A DNA stretch of 51,038 bases, filler included, from Trypethelium eluteriae (lineage: Eukaryota), in the NCBI GenBank assembly GCA_051942245.1. It is 2 parts of 2 records of this genome, joined end to end, with 100 filler letters (N's around TTAATTAATTAA, not from the genome) between each part and the next. Parts side by side here need not be neighbours in the genome. Positions count along the whole stretch, not along the records: positions 1 to 25,478 come from JAVECL010000372.1; positions 25,579 to 51,038 come from JAVECL010000373.1. One strand, written 5' to 3'. Positions 22,996-36,245 of this stretch are shown in pieces. The notes below the pieces were generated by a model, which saw only the letters and a program-made list of their open reading frames with translations, was not told where the DNA came from and ran no database searches. The position numbers and the translations under genes were made by a program. Every line of letters begins with the position of its first letter. Position 1 is the first letter of the stretch.

Positions 22996-23878
22996 ATGCC
23001 CGCATCAAGTACGTTGACTATACATCCATTGTTTTCTAACTTGTGGCTAAAATTACATAGGGCCCCTCCTAGGTTTTACTTCACTAGTCCTTCTCGCCGG
23101 CGGTATCCTCCTTCAATTCCTCGTCATCCTTTCCGGCACGACCCAATCCAACCCAGAGAACCAGATATACTTTCTCCAAACGAGTACCAATGGAATACCC
23201 GGGGCACGGAACCCATCTCGATGGACATTCTTCTCGATCTGCGGCGTCGATGGGAATGGCGGCAATACCGATTGCGGCGCAACAGTACCAGCACTGCCTT
23301 TCTCTCCACCAAACCCCCATGATTTCGGTACTGCAGTCGGCGTACCACCCGATTTCATTGGAACAAATCATTATTTCTATCTAAGCAGATTCATGTTCGC
23401 ATTTTACCTGGTTGCGCTATTCTTCTCGGTCATCTCACTCTTTACGGGACTTCTGGCGCTCTGCAGCAGATTGGGCGGGTACATATCTGCTTTGAACGTG
23501 GGAATTGCTCTATTCTTCCAAAGCCTTGCTGCCTCACTCTTGACGTAAGCTTCCGTTTCTGTTACCGATGTCGATATAGACCTCATCGATCGAACGACAC
23601 TGACATTGCTTAGGGCATGCTTCGTCCAAGGCCGCGATGCCTTCCGGCGCGCCGGTCAGCAAGCGAGCATTGGTGTCAAAGCCTTTGCATTCACATGGGC
23701 CGCTTTATTCTGCTTCCTCCTGTGCACGGTGCTCTTCTGCATCGGCGGCTCTGTCAGCAAGCAGTCCTCATCTTCCCGGAGACGAGGAGGGGTCTTTGGC
23801 CGGAAAGCAAGTACAAGGAGTCGAGGTAGCTTTATCGACACCGAAAGCCAGCGAAGAGTCAAAGACGAGTACGAGTGA
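22996..23878 (+). CDS. SUR7: SUR7/PalI-family eisosome tetraspan protein (3 exons)
   Basis: Spliced product MPASRPLLGFTSLVLL...IYFLQTSTNGIPGARNPSRWTFFSICG...C...PALPF...YFYLSRFMFAF; C-terminus SRGSFIDTESQRRVKDEYE. Confidence 0.85.
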
Positions 23879-24624
23879 CTATCCAATTGGGAGAGCCTGG
23901 TCGCTAAGAGGAAACTTGGTCAAGGAAGAGCTGGTGCACAGAAGATGGATCCACAAGGAAGAGAGATTAGAGCAGTGCCGGCGCCGATGATGGAGCCAAG
24001 AGGATGACAGCCATTCGTTTTATGATACCATGTCGCGATGCCTTTCGTAATTAATCATATCATCTGGATCGGTCATCTCAACGGAGATATAGACGAATCG
24101 CAGCTTACGGAGATGTGTGTGGAATTTTTTTTGGAAATACCCTGTCAAATCTAAAGCACAGAGACTATATATAATTTAATACTCCGACATTCTCACTACT
24201 CGATCAATTCCGTAATCTGCCCGAGACACTTGTGTTGATAAGGCCTGTGAGTATGACTTTAAAATAATGTAAAAGCGGTATCGCGTAAGGGAAAAAAGTT
24301 TGGTTCTGGGCAATTTCTCCGCGGTGGTACATGATCGGCGCGATCCTGGTCAGTCCTAAGAAAATCGCGTAAGAAAAGTCGGAAACTTATACCGTATCGC
24401 CACAGAACTACAACCACTAAGTAGCACGACTTTTACTCTCAGAATGAATGCTCATTTCTCATTCCTTACTGTGCTATTCCTCTTGCTTTCAAGAAGGGTA
24501 ATCGAAGCGCGAGACTGCGGTTGAGCTGTGAAGAGCTCCCTACGGTGTTTGTTGGAGTGATCACCCATCAGACCACAGTTTTTATGCAAGAGACCCTTAA
24601 AAATCTTCTGAGGCCAATTTCAGA

Positions 24625-25478
24625 ATGTTTCCAGCTTTGCTCACGGCATCGGATTGTACCTCTCATGTGCATCTTGTCATCGGCTCGAACCCTCTGGCTG
24701 GTGCTCGTTGCACCAAGTCCCTTGAGGTTGGCGCAAAACCGATCCTCATTGCTCCTGAGGATTCTCGACTTCATTATGGACTGGTCAGCAGGATTGATGC
24801 TGGTGAAGTGAGATGGATCAAAAGAGAATTTCAAGATAATGATCTGACAACTCTGGGGAGGGAAGAGGTTGACTATGTAGTTGACGCCGTTTTCGTGACC
24901 AAAGGGAGACAGGCGCAGAGTGAGTTTAAGAGTTTCTATGCTATCTTCTATATAGAAATTACGAGTAGGAAGACATGTCAACTGATAATTCAATGCGTTC
25001 AGGTCCCTATATATCCAATCTCTGCCGCCGCCTTCGCATTCCGGTCAACGTCGCTGATGCACCCAATCTCTGCACCTTCACAATCCTCTCTACACACTCT
25101 GATGGACCTTTGCAAATCGGTGTGACAACATCAGGCAAGGGATGCAAAATGGCATCCCGAATCCGTCGCGAAATCTCAAAGGCTCTTCCCCCGAACTTGG
25201 GCACTGGCGTCGAAAGACTAGGAATTATCCGGCGAAGGATATGGGAAGAAGACCACGCAGCAGAAATGGCCGTAACCGGCGAGCTCGAGGACGACGACGA
25301 CGGCGAAGGCCAAACATCCGCCTTCAACAGACTCATCACACCCGAAGACGTCGAGGCAGTCCGAACCCGACGAATGCGCTGGCTCGCTCAAATCTGCGAA
25401 TATTGGCCCCTCGCCCGACTCGCCAGCCTCACCGACGCCGACATCGATTCCGTCCTAAAAAGCTATCCCACCACCCCC
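24625..25478 (+). CDS. MET1: Siroheme synthase Met1/Met8-type, N-terminal part; truncated by the gap
   Basis: HLVIGSNPLAGARC, RIPVNVADAPNLCTF, GPLQIGVTTSGKGCKMASRIRRE and RRMRWLAQICEYWPL motifs; one intron at ~24920-25002. Confidence 0.88.
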
Positions 25479-25578
25479 NNNNNNNNNNNNNNNNNNNNNN
25501 NNNNNNNNNNNNNNNNNNNNNNTTAATTAATTAANNNNNNNNNNNNNNNNNNNNNNNNNNNNNNNNNNNNNNNNNNNN
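25479..25578. other. Assembly gap with artificial linker
   Basis: N-run, then TTAATTAATTAA (stops in all six frames), then N-run. Confidence 0.97.
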
Positions 25579-27318
25579 GTCAGAGTCTGTAGAGAAGTTT
25601 TGAGATGAGGGTGACAGATCGGATTGTTGAGGTAGATGTATAGAGGGTTCTTCGGAGGTGGTCTCGAGGGTTATGAAGGGAGCGGCGCGAGAGCTCTTCG
25701 GCTGAAACGCCAAGGGGGCTGAAAAGCTTCGATGAGAGCTCTGCGTAGGACGGACCCGCTTGGGTGTGTCTGAAATTGGCGAGCCGGGATCATTGCTTTC
25801 GGGGCTTGTTGGACGCGATGAGTCCATAGCCCCGTCACTGAAGACGCGCTCGAAGATTGATGATGTGCGGTGGGAGGTCGACTGGGGAGATGAAGATAAG
25901 GGTGATATCAGAGATGAGGTACCTGTCCGCGAAGATTGCATTGACCAGCGGTTCGTGCTCAGGGACTCTTGTGGTAAAGAAGCAGAAGTTTGCGCAAGTA
26001 TGGTCGCGGAAGACGAGGGTGTTGAAGATCTGCTCCTCGTCGATGAGTCGTATGAGGGTCGATTCCTTGATGAAGGAGGTGTAGCGTATCCAGGCATAAC
26101 AGCGTTGCGCTTCTTGCGAGGTCGTCTTAGAGCAGTCGCCTTATTCTTTCCTTGCTCACCGTTTGGCGTTGGGGGATAGTAATGATGATGGACGTGAACT
26201 TCTTGACTCGGAGTCCGGCTCACTCCCAACCCAAGCTCTTCCCGGAGAGTGTTACCTTCTTCTTCAACCTCGTCCAGGGGCTGATGCAGCAAAACTTCCT
26301 CTCTCAGCTTTTCTACTTCATCGTTGGAGTTTAGAAGCATTTCACGAAGCTCAACAATACCCATCTGTAGATTGGCATTGTCGGCTAGGATATCCTTGAC
26401 GAAGTGTGACACGACGTCGCCATTCATTCCCTCGTGATCCGCATTTTTTGCTGCAGCTGCTCCTTTTAATCTGCCCGCGGCCATTTCTAATTCTCTTTCG
26501 ACTGCCCTTCTCCTTTCCATACGGTTGACGACATCCATGTGCCTTTTCCGTTCACTGCTAGCTTCTTGCTCCATTCGTTCCATTTGATCTTGTAGATGCG
26601 ATAGTGTGCGCTCTGCATCCTTCCACCGCTGAACCGCCGTTTGCTCCTCCTCTTCAGTCGACGAAAGTGTTCGCTGGAGTTGTGCATGGTCACGCTCGAA
26701 AGCAATTAACTGGCTTTCGAGTTCTTCGGTCCGCGTAGCCAATACCGACAGATGCTGCAGCTCTTCTTGCGTAGAGTGTAAAGTAGCCGTTAGCGACTTG
26801 ATCTGGGTCTCGGAGTCCGACAGATCATTATTGAGTGATTCGAGTTGGTCGAGCAGACCTCTATTCTCTTCGATAGTGCGCGCATTGTCTGCCTCTAAGT
26901 CATGCTTCTCATGCTCCAATTTCTCGATAGTCGCAGTCATTCTAAGCCTCTCTTGTTCTGCATCGGCCACGTAAGTTTCGTGCCGGACTAGCAATGCCTG
27001 TAGAGAGAACGTTAGCGATGTTGCCATGTTTCTCTGCCCTGTTTCTTTCTCCGACAAACGTCGCCGGTGACCGAAGTTACCCATGGAATACCGCAGATTG
27101 AAAGCGCGTTTCTATTGCGAAAAAGAGATGCCTCTACATACCTGACCAAGCTTAGCGGCAGTCTGTACGTCAGCTTCGAGTCCGTTGAACGCGGTGTGGG
27201 TCTGCTGTAGGAATGCGCAATCACTTTCGCCGCAGCAACAAACGAGAGGTCTTGGGTTAAGTGGGGAACGAGGAATGCTTTGTTCTATGAGGTCTTTGAT
27301 GTTCGTAAGCGGTTGCAT
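25579..27318 (-). CDS. Long coiled-coil protein with CC1-box, HBS1-like and Spindly-like motifs; 3' end lost in the gap
   Basis: Exon 1 (27318-27142) has CCCGESDC and ends DVQTAAKLGQ; intron 27141-26998 (GTATGT..GCTAAC..CAG); exon 2 starts ALLVRHE, then ~250 aa of heptad-rich sequence, GNTLREEL and an S/P-rich tail. Confidence 0.85.
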
Positions 27319-28115
27319 TGTTGCGCCCAGCTGATGGCGATGCTGGACGAACGGATCTCGACAGCGACCGAACTCCAGGGCTCATGCTGGATGGATGTTT
27401 GGTAACTTTGAAGGCGAGTGGCCGGCTAAGATCCAAGGCATCGTGACGTGCGGCGGACAGTGGCGCGTGGCTGGGGCCGCAAGGATTCGCGATATACACG
27501 TGACATGAGACGGACTTTAGCTGCAGCGGCCACATTCGGCGGGAACCAATCAAGTGTCTGCTGTCGTGGTTTTTCCTGACTTTAACCTCACGGTCTGGAG
27601 TCTCTATGCTACAACACGCAGTCAAATGGAAACATACCTGAGAAGACGGCTGCCTACGATATCTTCACGCATTCTATCATATCTTCAAGGCTCAATAGCT
27701 GACCGATCCCATCCCATATCGCGTGTGTATCGTTTGTCTGATGCGCAGATTGAATTAAACCAGTAGAGATCGATCGCAGTTCAGGCTTCAATAAGTGTAG
27801 CTTATGTCATACTAACTGGGGACTGCCGAGCCCGTACCGTCATGTTCTATCAATACATTAAGCCCCTCTCCTTACGCCGCTTGCTCACATAGGACAGTTT
27901 GAAGCTGCTAGCAACTTGTTACCCTTGAGAAAGCTGGTAGAAAATGTTACTGAGAAGATACCAAGCTGTAAAGTGGGTACAGGCGGCTTGAGAGAAGAAG
28001 AGGAAGAGAAATTAGGAATAAATGGACAGCGAATTCTGAAATTGAAGAGACGTCGTTCGAAATGCCAAGGGGAGCAGACAAGAATTCGCTTTCATCCGTA
28101 CAATAGGTAGTGCGG

Positions 28116-30540
28116 TCACAGGGGGACGTTCTCAGTCATCTTGGTGAACGTGGGCCAGTCTTGGACGACGCCGAGAGCGCGCCGCATGTGGGCGTTGATG
28201 ATCTGAAGGCCGTAGACATAGCTGGCATTCACCCATCCGAAACTATTCAACAAATCAGCGTGATCTCGAGATCCTAAATGTGGTCAACGGTAACTCACCC
28301 TTCGCGAGCCACGCCCTTGAAATCGCTCCCCTGGTTCCCATACTCCGCCTCCACCTTATGTGGATCAATCGGCCTCGTCACGTCGTACTTCTCTACCACC
28401 ACTCCATTGAAGTCCACAAAGCACTTTGTCACCATGTAGAGCCATTTGTATGCCAACCGCTGCGCCTCGACCTCATACCCAAACCGCAGCAACCCCGTCC
28501 ACGCGAGAATCTGCTGCGGCGCCCAGCCAAACGGATAATCCCACTGTCGATTCGGCCGATTGAGCCCGACCGCACCGCGCGACTCTTCCGTCCCTGACAC
28601 TAAGCCACCAAACGCCTCGAACTTGGGCAGTGCCTTCGTAACCATGATGGCGGCCTGGCGCGGGGTGCAGACGCCGGACCACATGGCCCAGAAGGTGGTG
28701 GCGCTCTCGTAGCCCGTCTGCTGCTCCTTGACGGTGTCGTAGTCGAAGTACATGCCCTTCTCCTCATTCCACATGTACTTGTCGAGCAGCTGCTTGCGCT
28801 TCTTGGCCCGTCGGTCCCAGATGGCCGATGTCTCGATGGTGTTGGGCTCGTGGCCGCGGGCGCAGAATTCGGGCGGGATGCGCAGGCGGTCGCCGAAGAC
28901 GTTGCGGATGGTGCGGCCGATGTCGCATTCGTACTTGAAGAGCAGGGCGTTGACGTCGATGGTGGCGAGGTTGGCGGCCACGCGCTCGAGTCGGTACGAG
29001 GTGTCGTGGCCGGACTCGCGGACGGCGCGGTCGTGCAGGAAGTACTCGTCTAGCTCGGGCTCGATGACGAGTTGGTGGTTGTAGGCGTGGACGAAATCTT
29101 TGAAGGCCATGTCATGCTTGTTGGCGTAGGGCTGGAGCACGTGCACGAAATGGGAGGCTTCGGTCTCGGGTGGGACGCCCAACCCGCCAGGCCGATATCG
29201 AGATAGCCCGGTCTTTTCGTCTAATCGAGGTGCAGACATCCAGACGTTGTAATACTCTTTGATAGCTGCGAGAATAGCGCTCCGAAGGAATTCGAGGGAT
29301 GAGGGTTCATGTTTGATGCGCTCGTATACTCTCAAAGCCATATCTGTAAGGAATGGCGGTTGAGTCCGGCAAAGATAGTATGTCCGATTGGCGTTGAGGA
29401 TTTTGCCGTAGTGCTCGATGCAGAAGACGAAATTTTGCACCATGGACTTTGCGAGATCGACCTGATCGTTAACGAGCAATCCGAGTGACTCCATGTAACT
29501 GTCCCATCCGTAGAGTTCATTGAATCTTCCTCCAGGAACAACAAAAGGCAGACCACGCAAGTCCTTCTCACCTGTCTTAGTATCCTTTACGTACTCTTCC
29601 ATTGCCACGGCCAGAAGACCAGGTGCATCATTTAGATCCCTCACGTAGGCGGGGTCATCACATGGGTCCTTCAACCATTGCACATCAAGCCGCATCTCTG
29701 GATGGACTTCTGCAATATGCTTGTAGTACTCATACTGTTGTGGTGCACCCTTGGGTATGTATATTCGGGGTCGTGGATCTGGCGTCCAATCTTTCGGATC
29801 TCTGCCAACCTGGGCAATATTGGAGCCATCGATTCGTCGTGTGAGGCCTGGCCAGAAAGCGTCTTTGACCATACGCGCGAGCCTATTGACGGGATTTTCA
29901 TTCAGACGGGCTTCATCCAGGATGATGTGTTTTCGTCCGTAATCTTGAGCCAACGTGAGTTCCTGCAGGAGATTGGACAGCATATAGGTGCCTCGGACGT
30001 CAAATCTGTTGTAGCCACCCGAGGCTGCCGTGCCAACTGACAAGACCTGATCATGACTGTCAATTATGTATGCCACACATCTCAAAATTCTCAAGATCCC
30101 ACCTTTGGCCCGGCATCATCAATTGTTATCTGACAGTTCTTGTCCGTATCCTCCCTCGATAGCAATGTTTTGAGTGTAGATTCGACGGGAATGAAGAATG
30201 TGCGAGGTTGAAGGGTCTGCTCATCTGTAGGAAGAATTGTTAGTCGACTCTTAGAGACTAGATATAGGTCATGGGTTCTTACCATGGCTTGATCTCCTAA
30301 CCTGATTTTTCGCCAGCACTTCCTGCTTGTGGCTGCCTGGCTCAACGACCTGGCAGTACAACTATTAGCTTCTGCTCTGATTCCTGTAAAGATGGAATGG
30401 AACGACTGTACCGCGGAATATGTTCTCGTTTTATTGTGCTTCCGAGCCCGTGTGTGAGATTCTCCATAATACTGATTTGCTGGGGCAAAGGGATCGAGAT
30501 CATTGGTACTACGGCGAGGCACATTTGGCGAGGTCATCAT
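28116..30540 (-). CDS. NTH1: Neutral trehalase (GH37; multi-exon)
   Basis: RTRTYS-like N-terminal site, [13 protein letters not shown]a-binding motif, [31 protein letters not shown] and GFGWVN motifs. Confidence 0.97.
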
Positions 30541-31718
30541 ACGGGTACTGGTAGGAGATATCGGAGCAGTCGAGAAGTAGGGCTAGATTCAATGTATGAA
30601 AGTGTGATAATTAAGCAATAGGTGGTACGTAGTGGGGCTCTCTAGGCTGGCCGGGCAGAGGCTTTGTTGGAGACTTAAAGGATGCGGTTGGTGGTCACGC
30701 GATGGAGCCGCAAATCTAGAAACTGAGAATAGGGTATGAGATCTATGCAATTGGCGTCAGGAGAAGAGGATCTGGTGATACGGATAGAGCGAGATAGGTC
30801 ATGGGCAATGGAGAGGAAGGGCAAATGATTAAACAATGAATGAGCGGTGACGGGGACTAAGAGGCAGTATCGCAACTCGCACAGGCAGCTGCAAGTGCTA
30901 CAAAGGCAGTCATGACATTCCTGTCAGAAGAAGTATCCGTCGAACGCAATTGGCAACTGTGAAACACCGTGCACTACGTGGTTGCAGCACAAAGACGAGT
31001 TGAAGTTGTTAGGCAATGACGCAAAAGTCCCGTTGGGTGTCACTGACGTACGGCCTGGTGGGAATGCACATGGTGGGGGGAATGAGCGGAAGGGAAGGCA
31101 TGCCCGGCCAGATTGCCAGGGTCTTGCCCGACGTGCTCTAGCTTAGCCGCTTGTGTAACGCCAAGGTCATTTCTAGATTACCATTTTGCATAACTTGCGT
31201 AATGGGTATAGTGTATATGTAGTTACCTACATATCTTGCATAAAACCAGCTTAGTCTTCAGCCTTACATGTACCCACTGCATGTGACTGACTCGCTGGCT
31301 GCCTAAAGTTGCGCGATGACAGTCATGCACCAAAAGAGGTGCTGTTGCCTGGATACGGAATACAAGACGTCCATACCGACTACCTGAACAGCTCAAGAAA
31401 GACTAGATATGAACAGAAAGTGATCCCTCCCACCTGCCCTCGATTCCTGAAACCCAAATCTTCCGCCCGTGCCATGCCTCCATGAATATCACGCCTGAGG
31501 TCGCTACAGAAATGCTCCAAACTTTTGTTGCCGTTCATCAACAAGGCTGTCTTCGGGTGATGATTATGCTGAAAATCAAATCTGCCGGTGAATGGTCTGT
31601 TGAGCTGCCTGCGGCAAAGAATGTTAGCGCCTGGCCCCCACTAGCAAATACCAACCCCTTGTCGGAAACCAGATTGCGATCACACAGGGAACATACCCTT
31701 GGCAACTTGGATACATAT

Positions 31719-32445
31719 TCAATGCTCTGGAGATCCTTCTTCACGTTCATGGACCTGCTCGCTCACGCTGTCAGGTTGCAATCGCGTTCGCTTCTCGGGA
31801 AATGCCGTAATTCTTCCTGTCGAAGTACTGTTTGTTCTTTTCAAATTCAAGACCTCGTTCGACAAAAGCTCTGCATTTTCCTCGCGTCTCTGCACTCCCT
31901 CCATGTCTCCAAAACCGATCCCGGTGTCGCTCATCGACCGCTTGACATACGTAGGGAAGGGTTCATTCGCGCCATCAATCGTAGCAAAACGTTTGAGAGG
32001 AGGTTGAGATGACGTCAAGGGTCTGTGGTGAAGCCCGAGGTTCTGCTCCACTGATGGGTCGACCTCCCTTGCTGTGTTTCTGGAGGCTCCTGCGTCGGAT
32101 AGCAGATCCTCTTCGGGTTCATCTTGATGGAGGTATCGGTGTGAGGCTCGGTAATAATCATGGAGTTGCTCATCAAGTATCACATTTTGCGTATAGTGCT
32201 GATCTCGCTATAGTAAGACCAAACTTCGTCAGTATCTCCTTATGAGAGAAAGGGATCTAACCAGCACTGACAGGGTAAACACGTTCATCATGGCGAGCGA
32301 GCCTTCCCCTTGTCAGGGAGGTTGAGCTCGAACCTTCTCTTGATACGACCTCTTTCTCCTTCGACCGACCTGACCTCTCGCCTTGTTGGCCGCCCGTCAA
32401 AGAAACATTGCGTCGCGTAGTGCGGTTGGCTGCTGAATGAGGCAT
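31719..32445 (-). CDS. Hypothetical low-complexity protein, possibly degenerate
   Basis: Two adjacent minus-strand ORFs (62 and 154 aa) with a possible intron between them; no recognisable domain. Confidence 0.25.
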
Positions 32446-35400
32446 CGTAGCGTGAGAAAAAGACCCTGTGAATATCGGTCTCAGAGCACCGTGAATGAAT
32501 TGAAATTTGAATGTAGTATGATGTCGGTGAGTGCGAGGATGATTTGAAATCCTCAGTATTCAAACCACGATCAGGTGACTGGATGGGGAAAGTACCACTT
32601 CCGCGCAGAGGAAGATAGAACCTGATTCACTTCTGCGTCGTGGAGCGGCGACTGCTTGGGACTAATAAGTCTCCGGTCTGCGGCTTGGGTTGATAGACAG
32701 GACGCGTTATACCTGGCCGTTTACGTCGCCCAAGCTCGATCACGAAAATTCTTTTTCCTGTGGGTAAAAGACCAAAGCCGGAGAGCACTTGATTTTGGTC
32801 ATAGACCCGAACGGCCTTGAGTGTTTCGTATGCAAATCGAGATGGACAAGGGGAAAGGGTGCTGCCGCGGCCGACGGGTAGGATCCAACTAATAGCTGAG
32901 CTGGGTGAGTGCCGATCCTCTTTAAATATGCTAGAACAGGTAGGATGAAGCCACAGCTTATCCATACGCTTCACTTTGCCAATGTACTAATCCAACAGCG
33001 ACTACCAACAGGCGGCTTTGGTATGTAGAGAAACGGATTCAATTTCTCGTTTCAGGCCTGGTCCTTTTTCTAGGATCTGTAAAATATCAACGGGTACCCT
33101 GTCTTTTCTACTCCAAAGTCCTGGAGAAGCCATGGCTCCGCCCACGCGGGAATCACGTTGCAACAAGCCGTTGGATGGCTTGCATAAGGTTAGACAAGCC
33201 GTAGCCCTGTCAGACCATTTGCCTTTCACCTAGATTGTACGAATGTGCGGGCCTCCCAGAGCTGCAGCGACAACGGGATGCGCCTGATTCAGTATAGCTC
33301 GTGGACGAACCTGATAACAATTTGATGAGAGGAATTATGTAGCGGTCGCCTACCTTGCTTATTTTGAATTCCAGCAATATCCTGACGCCAACGTCGGCCA
33401 CCCTTTGCAGCATGGCTTCCAGTCTAACTTCCCGCGCCATGAGAGACGCACGCGCGATAACACTGGACGTTAGTCTTACCCGGGGACCGAACCGCTGGGG
33501 CATTGAGGCTGATGAGTCGGCCAAGCAGATCTCTGCATCACTGTAGCTTCTTCGGATTGGCTCATAGCCAAAATCTCCTGCTGATCATGCAGGGCATGAC
33601 AGATGCCTTGGCCAAATCAAACTCCAGTCTGCACGTTTACGACACATTTTAAATGTCCAACAGAAGCGATGTGCACGCTTTCTTGCCGAGTAACACGGCT
33701 CGTAGCAATGTACAGGACCATAACTAGCAAGAGTTAGATGTTGATTCTCGCCACTTCCGTCCAGTAGGGTTTGCAAATGATGCATCGGTCCTACCACTTC
33801 TGGAGATAGGAGATTTTCCGCACTACTTTCCTGTCACCCCTGACGGGAGCATGAGGTTAGCCTAGCGGGGGTTTCTATACTATCACACTGCATGAATGGG
33901 TTTCGGAATTTTGTTGACTTCAGACTCTAGCTTGATCGATTGGAGGATGGCTAGACGTGCGACGCCAAAGTCGAAGATGGATGGAAATGTAACTTTGCAC
34001 CCTTGGCTTTTTCCAAAAGCATCACAAGCGCGAAAGAAAACTACTCGTGGGGTTACTTTGAGGGTGCGCGACTTTTGAGCGCTGATGGATGTGATAACTT
34101 CCTGCCCTTTTTCCAAGGTCGGAAAGTTGCGTCAACGGTAGTAACAGTACCTAGATACACTAAGTGTGGCGAAAGTCGAAAGGCTGTCGAGGGAGCCTTG
34201 ATGGATGGTCGGGTAGCGAATAGTTCGCTGCGGTTTGTAGCGAAGCCCCACAAGACTGGACGCCGGTCAGAATAGCCGCCGGCACTCGCAAGCAATGTGA
34301 TGAACTGCGCCGGCTTTGCATTTCCTGGGGCATGCCTCACGCTTGAAGGACGGACCTTAATAGATTAGCGTGGATGCCTCAGGAAACAAATTTGATGAAA
34401 AGGAAGTTAAGGTCTTGCTCGGATCATAGGGGAACCGGGCTACGGGCCCGTCTCATGGACTTACGGAGTACTTTGGCCACCTTGGCCACCTTGGCCCTCA
34501 GCCTGACATGAGATGCACGCCCCCACGACAGCGGCTGCCCCCCCACACGCTTCATCGGTCCGTCTTGACGTGTTTTGAAACTTCGCCATCGACGCCCCTG
34601 TGGGGCAGATGCAACTAATCCAATCTAGGTGCCTGGGTGTGTCGGCCTTCCGAATGGGACGGTTGACACTTTGCAAATGAATCCAATTCAGGACGCTGCC
34701 CACGCTGACTTCAATTGTTCCTCAATTGTACGAGGCGTACAGACAGAAACTTAGCCGACACACAGCTGGCCCACTTTTTTTCGAAGTCCGTATACGTAGC
34801 CATGTTCCGTCCAATCGCCTCGTCCTCGATATATGCAGATCCAACACAGTGTAGCCGCTGTCATGAAGCATCAAGAGAGCTGATGGCGATCGCCGCATTC
34901 GTTTCTGCGTGTCTGCTCAACGTGGGCGACAAGGGTCGTGGATACCGGCACAGCGCAGTCAGGACCTCCAGTGACAGCCTGTGGTCTCCACTCCTGTCAG
35001 GCAGGGGGCTTGGGGTAGAACTTGCTTCAGGCGGTTCTGCAGGTTCGTCTGCGCCATCCAAAGTGGCCTGGCGAAGGAGACCACCTGCTCTTTACTTCGT
35101 AGTCGCATGAAACTTCTTCGTAGCCTGACCGAACGCATGAATCTGGTGTTCTTGAGCTTATGAGCCTTGTGCGCTCGCTGATCTATTCACCTCCTTTTGC
35201 GAGAGAAAGAAAATTTCTCCGGAAATCGTTCGATTCTATCACAAAGGGTCCTCTCATGCATGCAGCCCGTCTAGGATGCCGAAGAGTGGTGGGCACGCAC
35301 ACGCGAGCTCGAACGATCTTGCTCCATTAGCCTCCCAGTACCGGCTCCCGTTGCATCCTCCCGCACCCGCGCCCAGGGCATCGGGTCATGCCCATGAATA

Positions 35401-35951
35401 GGGTCATCGGGTAACGAGCAAAAATCGAAGATTGCATGCATTGGTCAAACTTCTGAACTGGCTGGCGGGTTGCAAATGACTCGAAAGATGCCCTACCGAG
35501 GCCCGATGCCAAGGTGTCGGGCTCTTAATCAAGAAAAGTGGAATTGAAAACCAGGCTGGCGGACAGCCCACGAGTCATTCACCGATGCAGCCATCAGGTA
35601 AGAGCAAGAATATTTGCACGACGGCTGCCTAATGACCCTGACAGCCACTCGGGGGGCCTGATCATGAATGAGCATCATGCGCAAAGTCAAGCTAATGCAT
35701 GATTTTGATACGTTCGAGCAGCAAGTTGACGAGTCTAGAGGATTATCGAAATGTAAGTGGGAGGAGGCCGCACCCAATGCGAACCGCCCAATTGGTGAAA
35801 GCATTGCCCCGTTTCTCGTAACTCGCAAGAAGGTATTTGCAGTTTTCCTGCTGAGGACCTACTTACATTACGCTTCCGGCTGTCTGCCTTGCCCCTTACC
35901 CCTTAATTGCCTCTAGAGGCGACGTCATGGGGACCATCATCTTGAAGAGAG

Positions 35952-36023
35952 ATGGATACCGCCCAGAGCATGAAGACAACTGCAGAAATGGATATCGCCC
36001 ACTGCGTGAAGACAATTGAAGCC
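35952..36023. repeat. 36-bp imperfect tandem duplication
   Basis: ATGGATACCGCCCAGAGCATGAAGACAACTGCAG followed by ATGGATATCGCCCACTGCGTGAAGACAATTGAAG. Confidence 0.7.
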
Positions 36024-36245
36024 GCACAGAATTCCGCCATACCGCACAGTGCTGCAATGCGAACGCCAGAAACGCCACGCTATGTTGAAAGGATGTTGAA
36101 AGCCAGATTCGCTCTGGTACAAAGATGAAACACCTCTTGCCATCTAAAATTGAGCCTTTCTATCCCGCCAACGCCATGGTGTTGAATACCAAAAGCAGCA
36201 GTTGAATGCATGAGCGTTGCACGAGTGAAAAATGCAAGATGCCAT

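Noticed and set aside
25523..25534. Palindromic TTAATTAATTAA
   Set aside because: Artificial scaffolding linker inside an N gap; MET1 and the coiled-coil gene are not necessarily as close as drawn
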